This document shows positions 1 to 9,620 of a stretch of DNA of 64,000 nt, piece after piece (the first letter of the stretch is position 1; every line of letters begins with the position of its first letter). This DNA comes from an uncultured Bacteroidales bacterium (lineage in GTDB: Bacteria > Bacteroidota > Bacteroidia > Bacteroidales > UBA4417), in contig CALBZC010000010.1 of NCBI GenBank assembly GCA_937889945.1, forward strand, positions 44,358 to 108,357. Direction: 5' to 3'. Below the pieces are notes generated by a model. That model saw only the letters and a list, made by a program, of their open reading frames with translations, searched no databases and was not told the origin of the DNA. Position numbers and translations under genes: made by a program.

Positions 1-203
1 AGAGAGAAGAAACCATGAAAATCGGCAACCGAGCCTTTCCCTGTTTTGCTAATCACAACGTGGGCAAAAGGAATAGGTTTAAGGCTGTCGCCCGTAACTA
101 CTATTCCCGAAAACTGTATTAATTGCTCTTGTTGCTGAGAAAATACAACCTCCGGAAAAGCAAGCAGGCTAAAAATAAAAAAGTATAGTCCTTTGTTTTT
201 CAT
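1..203 (-). CDS. Partial CDS (first 67 codons; continues off the left edge): secreted protein with a carboxypeptidase-regulatory-like (CarboxypepD_reg) N-terminal domain
   Basis: Hand translation of the reverse strand from the ATG at 203..201 gives MKNKGLYFFIFSLLAFPEVVFSQQQEQLIQFSGIVVTGDSLKPIPFAHVVISKTGKG... This is a signal peptide followed by the G-x-V-x-x-x-x-x-x-P-x-P-x-A-x-V pattern typical of that domain. It is absent from the ORF track because it runs off the window. Confidence 0.5.
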   Translation of the reverse strand, partial: MKNKGLYFFIFSLLAFPEVVFSQQQEQLIQFSGIVVTGDSLKPIPFAHVVISKTGKGSVADFHGFFS

Positions 204-307
204 GTAGTGTAGTATGCTACAAAAATATGCGGAATAAAGATATACAAAAGGAGATGTAAATTTATTTTCAAAAAAAATGTTAACAGCCTATACAAAAAAT
301 GTTAAAT

Positions 308-345
308 AAAAAAAGCCGTTTCCCAACACAAAGAAACAGCTTTTA
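308..345 (-). terminator. Rho-independent terminator downstream of rpmB
   Basis: On the minus strand, AGCUGUUUC (341..333) pairs with GAAACGGCU (322..314), 9 bp with one G-U pair. A run of 7 U follows. Confidence 0.6.
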
Positions 346-363
346 TATACTCATTACAATTAT

Positions 364-603
364 TTACTTGTCTAAAAAACCTTTTTCGCGGGCTTCTTTT
401 ATGCATGCGGTAATACCTTTTTTGTTAATGGTGCGCATTGCAGATGTGGATACTTTCAATGTAATCCATTTGTTTTCTTCCGGAACAAAGAATTTCTTTG
501 TTTGAAGGTTAGGATAAAATTTGCGTTTTGTCTTGATATTTGAGTGAGAAACGCTGTTTCCTATTTGTACTTTCTTTCCTGTAATTTCACAAACTCTTGC
601 CAT
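364..603 (-). CDS. rpmB: 50S ribosomal protein L28
   Basis: MARVCEITGKKVQIGNSVSHSNIKTKRKFYPNLQ... is the L28 signature N-terminus. The true ATG is at 603..601; the tracked ORF extends 17 codons further upstream to an unlikely start. Confidence 0.93.
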   Translation of the reverse strand: MARVCEITGKKVQIGNSVSHSNIKTKRKFYPNLQTKKFFVPEENKWITLKVSTSAMRTINKKGITACIKEAREKGFLDK

Positions 604-680
604 GGTTATTATGCTTTTCAAAAATGGATTGCAAAAGTCCGAATAATTTTCCAAAAATCAAAGTGTTATATAAAAATAAT

Positions 681-1922
681 TTAAAATTTATTTACTAAAT
701 GGTTATAAAGCATGTGTAATGCAGCATTGGTAGCCCTTGAAATATTAGTTTCGCGTTTTTTTCCGAACAAAAAATATGCGGTTAGGGTTTCGGCAGGAGT
801 AGCCAACGCAATCCATGTGCCCCCCACAGGCTTTTGTGTATCGTCGCTTGCAGGTCCTGCAATGCCTGACACCGCAATCGCATAATCTGTATGAAATAAA
901 CTTTTTATATTTTCGCTCATGCAACGTACAACTTCTTCACTCACAGCTCCGTGTTTGTCAATAATATCATGTGGTACATGCAATATATTCTCTTTTATTT
1001 CGTTAGCGTAGGCTACCACGCTTCCTTTAAAGTATGCCGAGCTTCCCGCCACGCCGGTTATAAGGTGTGCTATGTTTCCTCCCGTGCAGCTTTCGGCGGT
1101 TGCAAGCGTCAAATGTTGTTCGCGTAAGATTTTTCCGATAATATATTCCAACGACTCTTCATCATGCCCATACATATATTTTTTTATATAAGGGATAAGC
1201 TTGTTTTCTGCATCCGCAACATCTTTTTCCAATATGGCTTTGTTGTAACCTTTAGCTGTTATGCGCAAACGAATAAGCCCGCTGTTAGGCAAATAAGCAA
1301 GTTTTAAATGTGAGGGTAGCTTTGTTTCCCAAGGTTCTATCAAATCGGAGAGGTTTGATTCGCTTATGCCTTCAACTAAAATAGTCCGATGTATTATGCA
1401 GGTATCAGATAATACTTGCAACATAGGAATAACGTGATTTTGCATAATTTCTTTCATCTCGAAAGGCACTCCGGGCATGGAAATGTATATTTTGCCTTCT
1501 TTTTCAAATTTCATGGCAGGCGCGGTGCCGTTTACATTGGGAATCATGGTGCAACATGCCGGTAACATGGCTTGTTGTCTGTTCGTGTTGCTTACGGGCA
1601 TATTGCGGGCGGCAAATATTCTTTCTACCGTTTTATACGCTTCTGCATTAAAAACAAGATGTGTATTAAAATAGTTGCATAAAGTGGTTTTGGTAATATC
1701 GTCTTTGGTAGGTCCTAATCCTCCTGTAATGAGTATAACATCTGCACGGGAAGTTGCCTCTTGCAGTGTGGTAAGTATATGCGTTTCACTATCTGAAATG
1801 CTTGTAATTTGTGCAACAGAAATTCCTATATCGTTTAATTGTTGGGCAATCCAGGCAGAGTTAGTGTCAACCACCTGTCCTATAAGCAATTCGTCGCCTA
1901 TGGTTATAATTTCAGCATTCAT
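681..1922 (-). CDS. cinA: CinA-family competence/damage-inducible protein (MoCF-like domain plus NMN deamidase PncC domain)
   Basis: 413 aa. The N-terminus IITIGDELLIGQVVDTNS matches the MoCF/CinA domain. The C-terminal half contains ATAESCTGG, typical of the CinA/PncC deamidase domain. Confidence 0.88.
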   Translation of the reverse strand: MNAEIITIGDELLIGQVVDTNSAWIAQQLNDIGISVAQITSISDSETHILTTLQEATSRADVILITGGLGPTKDDITKTTLCNYFNTHLVFNAEAYKTVERIFAARNMPVSNTNRQQAMLPACCTMIPNVNGTAPAMKFEKEGKIYISMPGVPFEMKEIMQNHVIPMLQVLSDTCIIHRTILVEGISESNLSDLIEPWETKLPSHLKLAYLPNSGLIRLRITAKGYNKAILEKDVADAENKLIPYIKKYMYGHDEESLEYIIGKILREQHLTLATAESCTGGNIAHLITGVAGSSAYFKGSVVAYANEIKENILHVPHDIIDKHGAVSEEVVRCMSENIKSLFHTDYAIAVSGIAGPASDDTQKPVGGTWIALATPAETLTAYFLFGKKRETNISRATNAALHMLYNHLVNKF

Positions 1923-2034
1923 TTGTTGGTTTTATTAAATTAGAGGCGTTGGTATTTAGGATGTTTTATTTGTTTTTTATCTGCTTCTATCAAATTCGAA
2001 TGCCAAAATTATACACTTGGTTCAAACTAAGTGT

Positions 2035-2042
2035 TATATTTG
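2035..2042 (+). promoter_or_regulatory. Bacteroidota-type -7 promoter box (TATATTTG, consensus TAnnTTTG)
   Basis: Exact match to TAnnTTTG, 26 nt upstream of the ATG at 2069. Confidence 0.35.
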
Positions 2043-2068
2043 TGGAAAAATATTAAAATATTGTTTTT

Positions 2069-2944
2069 ATGAGTAAAATTGAAGCTTCTGAGTTGGTTTT
2101 AAATGCGGATAACACAGTATATCACTTGCATGTAAGATCTGAAAATATTGCAGATACAATTATATTGGTTGGCGACCCCGGAAGGGTGAAAGCCATTTCT
2201 AAAAATTTTGATTCCGTTGATTTTACTGCTGCAAACCGTGAAATCACCACGCATACGGGCACTATAGGGGGAAAGCGCTTGACTGTTCTTTCTACCGGAA
2301 TGGGGACGGACAACCTGGATATTGTTATTAACGAACTTGATGCCGCTGCTAATATTGACTTGGATAAGCGAGAGATAAAGAACTCACATCGTAAACTTAA
2401 TCTCATCAGGCTGGGAACTTCCGGCGCTTTGCAGGCAGATATAGAGCCCGGCACTATGGTGGCTTCTTCTCATGGCATAGGATTAGACGGTTTGTTATAT
2501 TTTTATAAGCAGCAAGAAGCGGTAAATGAAAAAGAATTAGCCGAGGCTTTTGTTAAGCATACTTCATGGAACGAAAAATTGCCCGGTATTTATGCCGTTA
2601 AAGCTTCCCAAACGTTGCTAAATCAATATGCAGGTGATTTAATACAAGGTATAACGCTTACTGCTCCAGGGTTTTACGGACCGCAAGGGCGCGAATTGCG
2701 ACTTAAACTTGCTTATCCTGAGGTCAATCGTTTGGTGGAGAATTTTCACTTCGGCAGTAGCAGAATTACCAATTTTGAAATGGAAACATCCGCTTTATAC
2801 GGATTAGGGAAAATGCTGGGACATGAAACCCTTACCATCTGCACCATTGTAGCTAACAGAGTTGCTAAAAAGTTTGCAGGCGACTATCATAAAGATGTTG
2901 AAAATATGATAACCCACTTTCTTGAAAGATTTGTGAAAGGTTAA
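2069..2944 (+). CDS. Nucleoside phosphorylase, PNP/UDP family 1 (uridine or purine nucleoside phosphorylase-like)
   Basis: 291 aa with VGDPGR, LSTGMGTDN and NFEMETSALY motifs characteristic of the PNP_UDP_1 fold. Substrate cannot be assigned from sequence alone. Confidence 0.75.
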   Translation: MSKIEASELVLNADNTVYHLHVRSENIADTIILVGDPGRVKAISKNFDSVDFTAANREITTHTGTIGGKRLTVLSTGMGTDNLDIVINELDAAANIDLDKREIKNSHRKLNLIRLGTSGALQADIEPGTMVASSHGIGLDGLLYFYKQQEAVNEKELAEAFVKHTSWNEKLPGIYAVKASQTLLNQYAGDLIQGITLTAPGFYGPQGRELRLKLAYPEVNRLVENFHFGSSRITNFEMETSALYGLGKMLGHETLTICTIVANRVAKKFAGDYHKDVENMITHFLERFVKG

Positions 2945-3051
2945 CCAACAATTTTAACCTACAGATGTTGAAAAGTATATACTTATAATTGTTTATAAGC
3001 TATAATATCAATGTATTTTTACATTGTTTTTTTTAACATACAGTGCAAAAC

Positions 3052-3915
3052 ATGAGCCCACAGCATTTAGATTACTTGATTGAACTGCTTGATGACCCTG
3101 ATTCACAGGTTTTTGAAAATATTTCCGGTGAAATTATCAGTGGAGCGGATAATTTTGCCGATAGATTAGAGGATGCCTGGTTTGATACAACCAATCAGCT
3201 TAAGCGTTCCAGAATAGAGTATTTGATAAAAGAAATAAGACAAAACAAGTTGGTGAGCAGCTTGGAAAATTGGAAAGCAGCGGGACAAAGTTTGCTAAAC
3301 GGTTATTTAATTTTACATTCTTTCTTAAACCCTCATCAGGATAACACACATTGGCTCAATAAAATATCCAAGATAAAAAAAGATATATGGCTTGAAATAA
3401 CCGACGACTTAACCGCCATTGATAAGGTAGAACTTTTGAGCAGGGTGCTGCGTAAAGATTTAGGAATATCAGGAAGTCATGTGTCTTTAGCGGATACAGA
3501 TACGTATTTTTTGGAGAATATGATACAAACCCATGCAGGTAATAGTCTTAGCATTACCATGCTGGCGCTTATACTTGCCGAGCATATGGGTGTTAATTTG
3601 GATGTAGTTAACATTGCAGATAATTTTTTATTGGCGTTGCATATTGATGTATATGAGGAACAGGGTGAAACGGTAAGAGAAAAAGAATTGGCTTTTTATC
3701 TTAACCTGTTGGACGATAATGGATTTTACATCAAAGAGCAAATTTGCAAATTTTTCAACTGCTATAAATTATCTCTTTCGGAGGAATATTTTAAACCTCT
3801 GTCAGATGTGGATGTCCTCAGAAAATGGTGCAGGCTGCTATCCAAACTCTATAATCATCATAATTGCAACTACAAATGTAGCGCCTTGCAGCGGTGTGTA
3901 GAAGTGTTGCAATAA
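3052..3915 (+). CDS. Hypothetical protein (possibly a transglutaminase-like/SirB1-type fold)
   Basis: 287-aa ORF starting at the ATG at 3052; the tracked start at 3043 is GTG. There is no hallmark motif I can name. Coding is supported by length and by its position between a promoter-like region and an AT-rich spacer. Confidence 0.45.
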   Translation: MSPQHLDYLIELLDDPDSQVFENISGEIISGADNFADRLEDAWFDTTNQLKRSRIEYLIKEIRQNKLVSSLENWKAAGQSLLNGYLILHSFLNPHQDNTHWLNKISKIKKDIWLEITDDLTAIDKVELLSRVLRKDLGISGSHVSLADTDTYFLENMIQTHAGNSLSITMLALILAEHMGVNLDVVNIADNFLLALHIDVYEEQGETVREKELAFYLNLLDDNGFYIKEQICKFFNCYKLSLSEEYFKPLSDVDVLRKWCRLLSKLYNHHNCNYKCSALQRCVEVLQ

Positions 3916-4065
3916 GCTTTATGCAGCTCATCCAATTATTTTTATAACCCATTCGTCTAATGTTTTCAATTAAAATAGAAAACTATTTTATATTGATATG
4001 TATTAGTTTTTATATAAGTTGATAAATAATAAAAATAAATTTGTAATTGGTGAATGATTTATAAA

Positions 4066-4073
4066 TATTTTTG
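4066..4073 (+). promoter_or_regulatory. Bacteroidota-type -7 promoter box (TATTTTTG)
   Basis: Match to TAnnTTTG, 43 nt upstream of the pepF ATG. Confidence 0.35.
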
Positions 4074-4116
4074 TGGAAATATTTTTTTACTTAACCCTAA
4101 AATATAACTAATTAAC

Positions 4117-6003
4117 ATGAAGAAAAATACTTTCATTTGTGTAGTCGGTTTTGTATTTTTATGTATGAATTATACCGCACACAGTCAAACAACGCTTTCT
4201 TCTGCAGGTAAAACCCGCGACCAGATAGAAGAAAAATATAAATGGAATTTAAAAGATATTTATGCTACCCAGGCAGAGTGGGAGAAAGATAAAGCCTCGC
4301 TTCCCGCTTTAATTGAAAATGCTTCAAAAATAAAAGGAAAACTTGGCGCATCAGCCACCTCTTTATATAATAGTTTAGAGTTGATTTCATCCATCAATCA
4401 TACATTTGATAAGCTTTGGCTGTATGCATCATTGCTTTCGGACCAAGACACCCGCGAAGCGTTTCCATTGTCTATGAACGATCAGTTGAGTATGTTATAT
4501 GCTAAATATTCTACGGCTACATCTTTTATGGATCCTGAGTTACAAGCTATTCCCGAAGCAAAAATCAATCAGTTTATAAAGCAGGAGAAAAAGCTGGAAC
4601 CCTATAAAAGATATTTTGCGCAGTTGCAGCGTATGAAAAAATACACGCTTCCTGCCGCTCAGGAACAATTGATAGCCAAAGCAGGTATCATGAGCGACTT
4701 GCCGGGCAATGCCAACAATGTGCTTAACAATGCCGATTTGCCATATACTACAATACAATTGGCTAATGGAAACAAAGCTTTGATAGATGTATCGGGTTAT
4801 TCTTTACATCGGTATGATGCTGACAGGGAAAACCGCATAAAAGTTTTCAATGCTTTTTATTCCACGCTAAAATCTTTTGAACGTACCAATGCCGTGTTAT
4901 TAAACGGACAAATCAAGAAAAACATATTCTATAAAAATGCCAGAGGATACGAAAATACGTTGCAAGCTTCGCTTTATCCTAAGGAATTGCCCGTGGAAGT
5001 ATATACCAATTTAATAAAAAACGTGAAAAAGAATTTGGACGTATTGCACAGGTATTTGAATATTAGAAAGAAAATGCTGGGATTGAACGATTTGCATTAC
5101 TATGATTTTTATCCTAACTTGGTTAAAGGGGTAAAACAAAGTTATGATTACGAGAAAGGGCAGGAGTTAATAAAAAATGCACTTTCGGTATTAGGTAATG
5201 AATATGTTTCCACCTTGGATATGGCTTTTAAAAATCGTTGGATAGATGTTTATCCCACAATTGGAAAAGCTTCGGGAGCTTACAGTAACAGCGTATATGG
5301 AACCCACCCTTACATTAAAATAAATTATAACAACAAGTTTGATGATGTGAGTATGCTGGCACATGAGTTGGGACATACCATGCACTCTTATTTTTCAAAT
5401 AAAACACAACCCTATCCATCTTCGCACTATGCAAGCTTTGTTGCTGAGGTTGCTTCTACCACCAATGAAGCATTATTGGTTGAAGATGTGTTGAAAAAAA
5501 TAACCGACCCTAAAGAAAAATTATCTATTTTATGTAGCTATGCAGAAGCTTTTCGTCAAACTATATTCCGTCAGACCTTGTTTGCCGAATTTGAAATGCT
5601 TATTAACGAACGTACCGAAAAAGGGGAAAGCTTGTCGGCTGATGATTTTAACAAATTATACTTAACCTTGATGCGTGAATATTACGGGCAGGATAAAGGC
5701 GTATGTAACATAGAAGACGCATATGCTTGCGAATGGGCATATATTTCTCATTTTTATTTGGGCTATTATAATTTTAACTATGCCACTTCATATACGGCAG
5801 CTTTAGCTATTGCTGAAAAAATAATGAACAGTGAACCGCAAATGGTAGAAAAATATTTAAAATTCCTTTCTTCAGGGGGTTCTAAAACATCTATCGAACT
5901 ATTGAAAGAGTTGGGTGTGGATATGACCACAAGCGTTCCTTTTGACCTTGCAGTTAAAAAAATGAATAGAATTTTAGACGAAATTGAAGCATTGACCAAG
6001 TAA
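4117..6003 (+). CDS. pepF: Oligoendopeptidase F, M3 family metallopeptidase (secreted or lipoprotein form)
   Basis: 628 aa with an N-terminal signal peptide (MKKNTFICVVGFVFLCMNYTAHS) and the zinc motif AHELGHTMHS (HExxH). Length and layout are typical of M3B PepF. Confidence 0.88.
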   Translation: MKKNTFICVVGFVFLCMNYTAHSQTTLSSAGKTRDQIEEKYKWNLKDIYATQAEWEKDKASLPALIENASKIKGKLGASATSLYNSLELISSINHTFDKLWLYASLLSDQDTREAFPLSMNDQLSMLYAKYSTATSFMDPELQAIPEAKINQFIKQEKKLEPYKRYFAQLQRMKKYTLPAAQEQLIAKAGIMSDLPGNANNVLNNADLPYTTIQLANGNKALIDVSGYSLHRYDADRENRIKVFNAFYSTLKSFERTNAVLLNGQIKKNIFYKNARGYENTLQASLYPKELPVEVYTNLIKNVKKNLDVLHRYLNIRKKMLGLNDLHYYDFYPNLVKGVKQSYDYEKGQELIKNALSVLGNEYVSTLDMAFKNRWIDVYPTIGKASGAYSNSVYGTHPYIKINYNNKFDDVSMLAHELGHTMHSYFSNKTQPYPSSHYASFVAEVASTTNEALLVEDVLKKITDPKEKLSILCSYAEAFRQTIFRQTLFAEFEMLINERTEKGESLSADDFNKLYLTLMREYYGQDKGVCNIEDAYACEWAYISHFYLGYYNFNYATSYTAALAIAEKIMNSEPQMVEKYLKFLSSGGSKTSIELLKELGVDMTTSVPFDLAVKKMNRILDEIEALTK

Positions 6004-6022
6004 AAGGAAATGTATGCTCAAT

Positions 6023-6046
6023 AAAAGGTCTCAACAGAGACCTTTT
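6023..6046. terminator. Bidirectional hairpin terminator between convergent pepF and the GH2 gene
   Basis: AAAAGGTCTC (6023..6032) and GAGACCTTTT (6037..6046) form a perfect 10-bp stem with a 4-nt loop. A/T runs flank both sides. Confidence 0.6.
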
Positions 6047-6064
6047 ATTGTTTGTATAATATGG

Positions 6065-8494
6065 CTACTGAACTTTTATGAATGTTGTAGCAGATTGCAG
6101 CACAGGATTTTGTGCATGTATGGTAATGCGCCCTTTTTTATTCCCCGATTTTACCATCAACATGGCTTTACCATGAAAAAGGTTTACCTTATCAGCGTTA
6201 AAGGGCTCTAAAGATTGAGGATTGCCATTATCTACCGCTGCAATTTCTCCTACTCCTTTCAGGTTTATTTTTATTTCGTTGGTTGCAAGTGGGCATAGAT
6301 TCCCTGTTTTATCAACCGCCTCTATTAAAATATAGGATATATCCTCTCCATCGGCATTTACTGTTTTTTTATGGGGACTGAGTTTTATTTTATAGGGTTT
6401 TCCTGCCGTGTAGACGGATTTTTCTGCTGTTTTTCTTCCGTTTTTATAGGCAATAGCCGTCAATTTGCCCGGAGAGTAAGTAACGCTGTCCCAACAAATT
6501 CTGAAACGTTCGGAGGATTTGTTTGAAAGGGGATTCTTACATTTTTTCCCTTGCGATTTACCATTTACAAACAGTTCAGCGCAATCACCATTGGTATATA
6601 TTCTAACAGGAATGGTTTTTATTGTGTCATTTTCCCAATTCCAATGAGGCAAAATATGCAAAGTTGTTTCTTCAGGTTTCCAGTAGCTTTTATAAAGATA
6701 ATACCTGTCTTTGGGAATACCGCATAAATCTACAATTCCGAAGTAGGAACTTCTGGCAGCGCTTTGGGCTGAAAGACTTTTGTTTTTAGCCCACGTGTTT
6801 GTATAGGGTGTGGGCTCTCCGAGGTAGTCAAAGCCTGTCCATACAAATTCGCCCGCAACATATTTATCCTGCTGTTGCCACATAAAATCGTCATCGGGCA
6901 GTTCAGCCCAACCGGGCGCATTATAATCATATGAACTTACTTGTAAAGAGGTTGTAAAGTCAGTCTTGTTTTTTGGGAGTGGTAGTTCATAAAAGCCTCT
7001 GGTGCTCACTGTGGATGACGATTCACTTATAATAACGGATTTTTGGGGCGCTATTTTTCGGGCTAAACTATACCTACGCCCATAATTCCAGCAATGCACA
7101 TCATAAAAATCGAAATGGCGGAGGTTGGCGCTTTCATAATTGTCACAAACCATGGTTACCGGACGCATACTGTCATATTGTTTTACATAACTTACGGTTG
7201 TTTTTAATTTCTCAAAACCATGATCTTTATCAAGTTGCACATCATACATTTCATTGCCCACGCTCCATATAAAAATGCAGGGATGATTGCGATCCCTTTG
7301 GATTGTATTGCGTATGTTTCGCAGGGCAAAATTCTTAAAATCTGTTGTATCCGTAATATCGGCTTTTTCGTTGTATTGGTCAAAGAGTTCTTCAAATACA
7401 AGCAATCCCATTTTATCGCACAAGTCTAACAATTGTGATGCCGGAGGGTTGTGGCTGGTGCGTATGGCATTGCATCCCATTGCTTTCATTATCTCAAGTT
7501 GCCGCTGCATTGCATACCTATTGCATGCAGCCCCCAACGCACCTAAATCGTGATGCAGATTTACTCCTTTAATTTGTAGCCGTTTGCCATTCAGGTGTAA
7601 CCCATCATCAGGTGTAAATTTTAAATCCCTTATGCCGATATTTGTAATTTCATTGTCTATTAATTTACCGTTTATAAATATTTCAGTTGTAAGTTTATAC
7701 AAATGCGGCTTATCAATATCCCATAAAATGGGATGCTTTAGCTGTAATGTGGTTGCAATTGTTTTAGAATTGTTGGCTTCACTATGGATTAAGCTATCTT
7801 TTTCGATTATTTTTTTATTACCGTTCCATAAGGTGTGTTTTATAATGATGTTTTTATCGGTGTTATAATTATTTGTAATGCTTGTTTGCGTGTATATTTT
7901 CGCTTTATTTTTATTTTCTAAAGACGAGCATACGTGTATCCCCCACAGGTTAATATGTAAAGGATTTACAGCAATAAGCTGTATGTTGCGGTATATGCCG
8001 GCTCCAGGGTACCAACGACTATCATGCATACGTGTATCTGCATGTATGGCTAACCTATTTGTTTCGGGTACGTTCACCAAATCGGTTATATCCAAATAAA
8101 AGGCATTATACCCATAGTCCCATTTTCCGGCTAATTTCCCGTTTACATATACAGAGGGGAAAGCCATAATGCCATCGCACAATAGAAATATCCTTTTGTT
8201 ATGATAATTTTTTGGAAGATGTAAAGAAAGCCTGTACCAAGCTTCGTCTTTCCATGGGAGTTTTCCTGTGGTGCCGTCGCCATTAGCAATAAAAGGTTCT
8301 CTTATTGCCCAATCGTGTGGAATATGCACACTTTCCCAATCCGTATCGTTAAAATCTTTTTGGAAAGCTTCCGAATTATTACCTTTTTTAAATTTCCAAC
8401 CGCTTTTTAACAATAATGTTTCTCTTTGCGAAAATCCGTTTGTTGCAGTTAAAAGAAGTAGGCAAACTAAATACAATCGTAGCCATTTATTCAT
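6065..8494 (-). CDS. Glycoside hydrolase family 2 (beta-galactosidase/beta-glucuronidase-like), secreted
   Basis: 809 aa with a signal peptide and an N-terminal sugar-binding region (WKFKKGN...DWESVHIPHDW). The TIM-barrel region carries the NHPCIFIWSVGNE acid/base motif typical of GH2. Confidence 0.85.
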   Translation of the reverse strand: MNKWLRLYLVCLLLLTATNGFSQRETLLLKSGWKFKKGNNSEAFQKDFNDTDWESVHIPHDWAIREPFIANGDGTTGKLPWKDEAWYRLSLHLPKNYHNKRIFLLCDGIMAFPSVYVNGKLAGKWDYGYNAFYLDITDLVNVPETNRLAIHADTRMHDSRWYPGAGIYRNIQLIAVNPLHINLWGIHVCSSLENKNKAKIYTQTSITNNYNTDKNIIIKHTLWNGNKKIIEKDSLIHSEANNSKTIATTLQLKHPILWDIDKPHLYKLTTEIFINGKLIDNEITNIGIRDLKFTPDDGLHLNGKRLQIKGVNLHHDLGALGAACNRYAMQRQLEIMKAMGCNAIRTSHNPPASQLLDLCDKMGLLVFEELFDQYNEKADITDTTDFKNFALRNIRNTIQRDRNHPCIFIWSVGNEMYDVQLDKDHGFEKLKTTVSYVKQYDSMRPVTMVCDNYESANLRHFDFYDVHCWNYGRRYSLARKIAPQKSVIISESSSTVSTRGFYELPLPKNKTDFTTSLQVSSYDYNAPGWAELPDDDFMWQQQDKYVAGEFVWTGFDYLGEPTPYTNTWAKNKSLSAQSAARSSYFGIVDLCGIPKDRYYLYKSYWKPEETTLHILPHWNWENDTIKTIPVRIYTNGDCAELFVNGKSQGKKCKNPLSNKSSERFRICWDSVTYSPGKLTAIAYKNGRKTAEKSVYTAGKPYKIKLSPHKKTVNADGEDISYILIEAVDKTGNLCPLATNEIKINLKGVGEIAAVDNGNPQSLEPFNADKVNLFHGKAMLMVKSGNKKGRITIHAQNPVLQSATTFIKVQ

Positions 8495-8570
8495 GGTAAA
8501 AATATTTTAAGGCTAAGATAAAAACAAATCCGTGGATTGCATAATGTAAGCCAGAATAAGGATAAATTTT

Positions 8571-8774
8571 TTAAGCGCCTAATGTTTTAAATGCCTGGTA
8601 AACAAGAAATGCGGGCCATACCAAAGCTTTTAGAAATCCTATAACTCCCAGCCAAAACGATGATGCTTGCCCTATGAAATATACGGCAGCACCTATAAAA
8701 CCTAAGCCGTAAAAGGCTCCGCCTGTAGCTGCATGGCGATTATGATTGCAATTAGCATTTTTTTCTACGTTCAT
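8571..8774 (-). CDS. Small hypothetical membrane protein (two predicted TM helices)
   Basis: 67-aa ORF with two hydrophobic stretches (GGAFYGLGFIGAAVYFIG and WLGVIGFLKALVWPAFLVY). A CAAAGATA box (TAnnTTTG on the minus strand) lies at 8814..8821. Confidence 0.45.
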   Translation of the reverse strand: MNVEKNANCNHNRHAATGGAFYGLGFIGAAVYFIGQASSFWLGVIGFLKALVWPAFLVYQAFKTLGA

Positions 8775-8880
8775 TTTTTGATGTTTTAATTTTGTTTCAC
8801 TGTTTCGTATTTACAAAGATATTTTATTATGGGTATGGATAATATTAAGTTTTTGTTACATGTGATTTTTGCAGGGCAAT

Positions 8881-8908
8881 AAAAAAGCCGGAAATCTCCG
8901 GCTTTTTA
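8881..8908 (-). terminator. Rho-independent terminator downstream of clpP
   Basis: GCCGGA (8887..8892) and TCCGGC (8897..8902) form a hairpin. On the minus strand it is followed by a U run. Confidence 0.6.
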
Positions 8909-8929
8909 GGATAAATTACGAAAGTGTTT

Positions 8930-9619
8930 TTATTTTTTCTTTTCCGAAAACAATATTTCATCAATCATGCCATAATCTTTAGCTTCCTGAGCTGTCATCC
9001 AATAATCGCGGTCGGCATCTTTCTCAATTTTCTTGTATGTTTGTCCTGAATGTTCGGCAATAATATCATACAATTCCTTTTTGAGTTTAAGAATTTCTTT
9101 CGCGGTGATTTCTATATCGGAAGCTTGTCCTTCAGCGCCACCCATAGGCTGATGAATAAGGATACGTGAGTGTTTTAATGCCGTACGTTTTCCTTTTTCG
9201 CCTGCGCATAATAACACGGCACCCATAGATGCTGCCATTCCTGTGCAAATGGTTGCTACATCAGGAGATATGTACTGCATGGTATCGTAAATGCCCAATC
9301 CTGCATATACAGAGCCTCCCGGAGTGTTCAGGTAGATTTGTATATCGCGTTTAGAATCAACGGAATCCAAAAATAACAATTGAGCCTGTATAATATTGGC
9401 AACATAATCGTCAATAGGAACTCCTAAAAATATAATCCTGTCCATCATCAAACGAGAAAAAACGTCCATAGAAGCAACGTTTAACTGGCGTTCTTCAATG
9501 ATAGTGGGCGAAATATAGCCCCCGCCCTGTGAAACCGTGCGGGTATATCTGTCCAATGCATTGCTGTTAATGCCTCTGTGGCCCACAGCATATTTACGGA
9601 ACTCTTTATTAAAATCCAT
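8930..9619 (-). CDS. clpP: ATP-dependent Clp protease proteolytic subunit
   Basis: 229 aa. RIIFLG..., the GMAASMG catalytic-Ser context and the ILIHQPMGG His context identify ClpP. The N-terminal extension is typical of Bacteroidota ClpP. Confidence 0.95.
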   Translation of the reverse strand: MDFNKEFRKYAVGHRGINSNALDRYTRTVSQGGGYISPTIIEERQLNVASMDVFSRLMMDRIIFLGVPIDDYVANIIQAQLLFLDSVDSKRDIQIYLNTPGGSVYAGLGIYDTMQYISPDVATICTGMAASMGAVLLCAGEKGKRTALKHSRILIHQPMGGAEGQASDIEITAKEILKLKKELYDIIAEHSGQTYKKIEKDADRDYWMTAQEAKDYGMIDEILFSEKKK

Positions 9620-9620
9620 A

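Noticed and set aside
204-363. Expected rpmG (L33) downstream of rpmB, as in the common Bacteroidota rpmB-rpmG-DUF4295 cluster.
   Set aside because: The 160-bp spacer holds a strong terminator and no L33-like ORF on the minus strand. rpmG must be elsewhere in the genome.
299-505. A 68-aa plus-strand ORF overlapping rpmB.
   Set aside because: It is antisense to an unambiguous L28 gene and spans the L28 terminator, so it is spurious.
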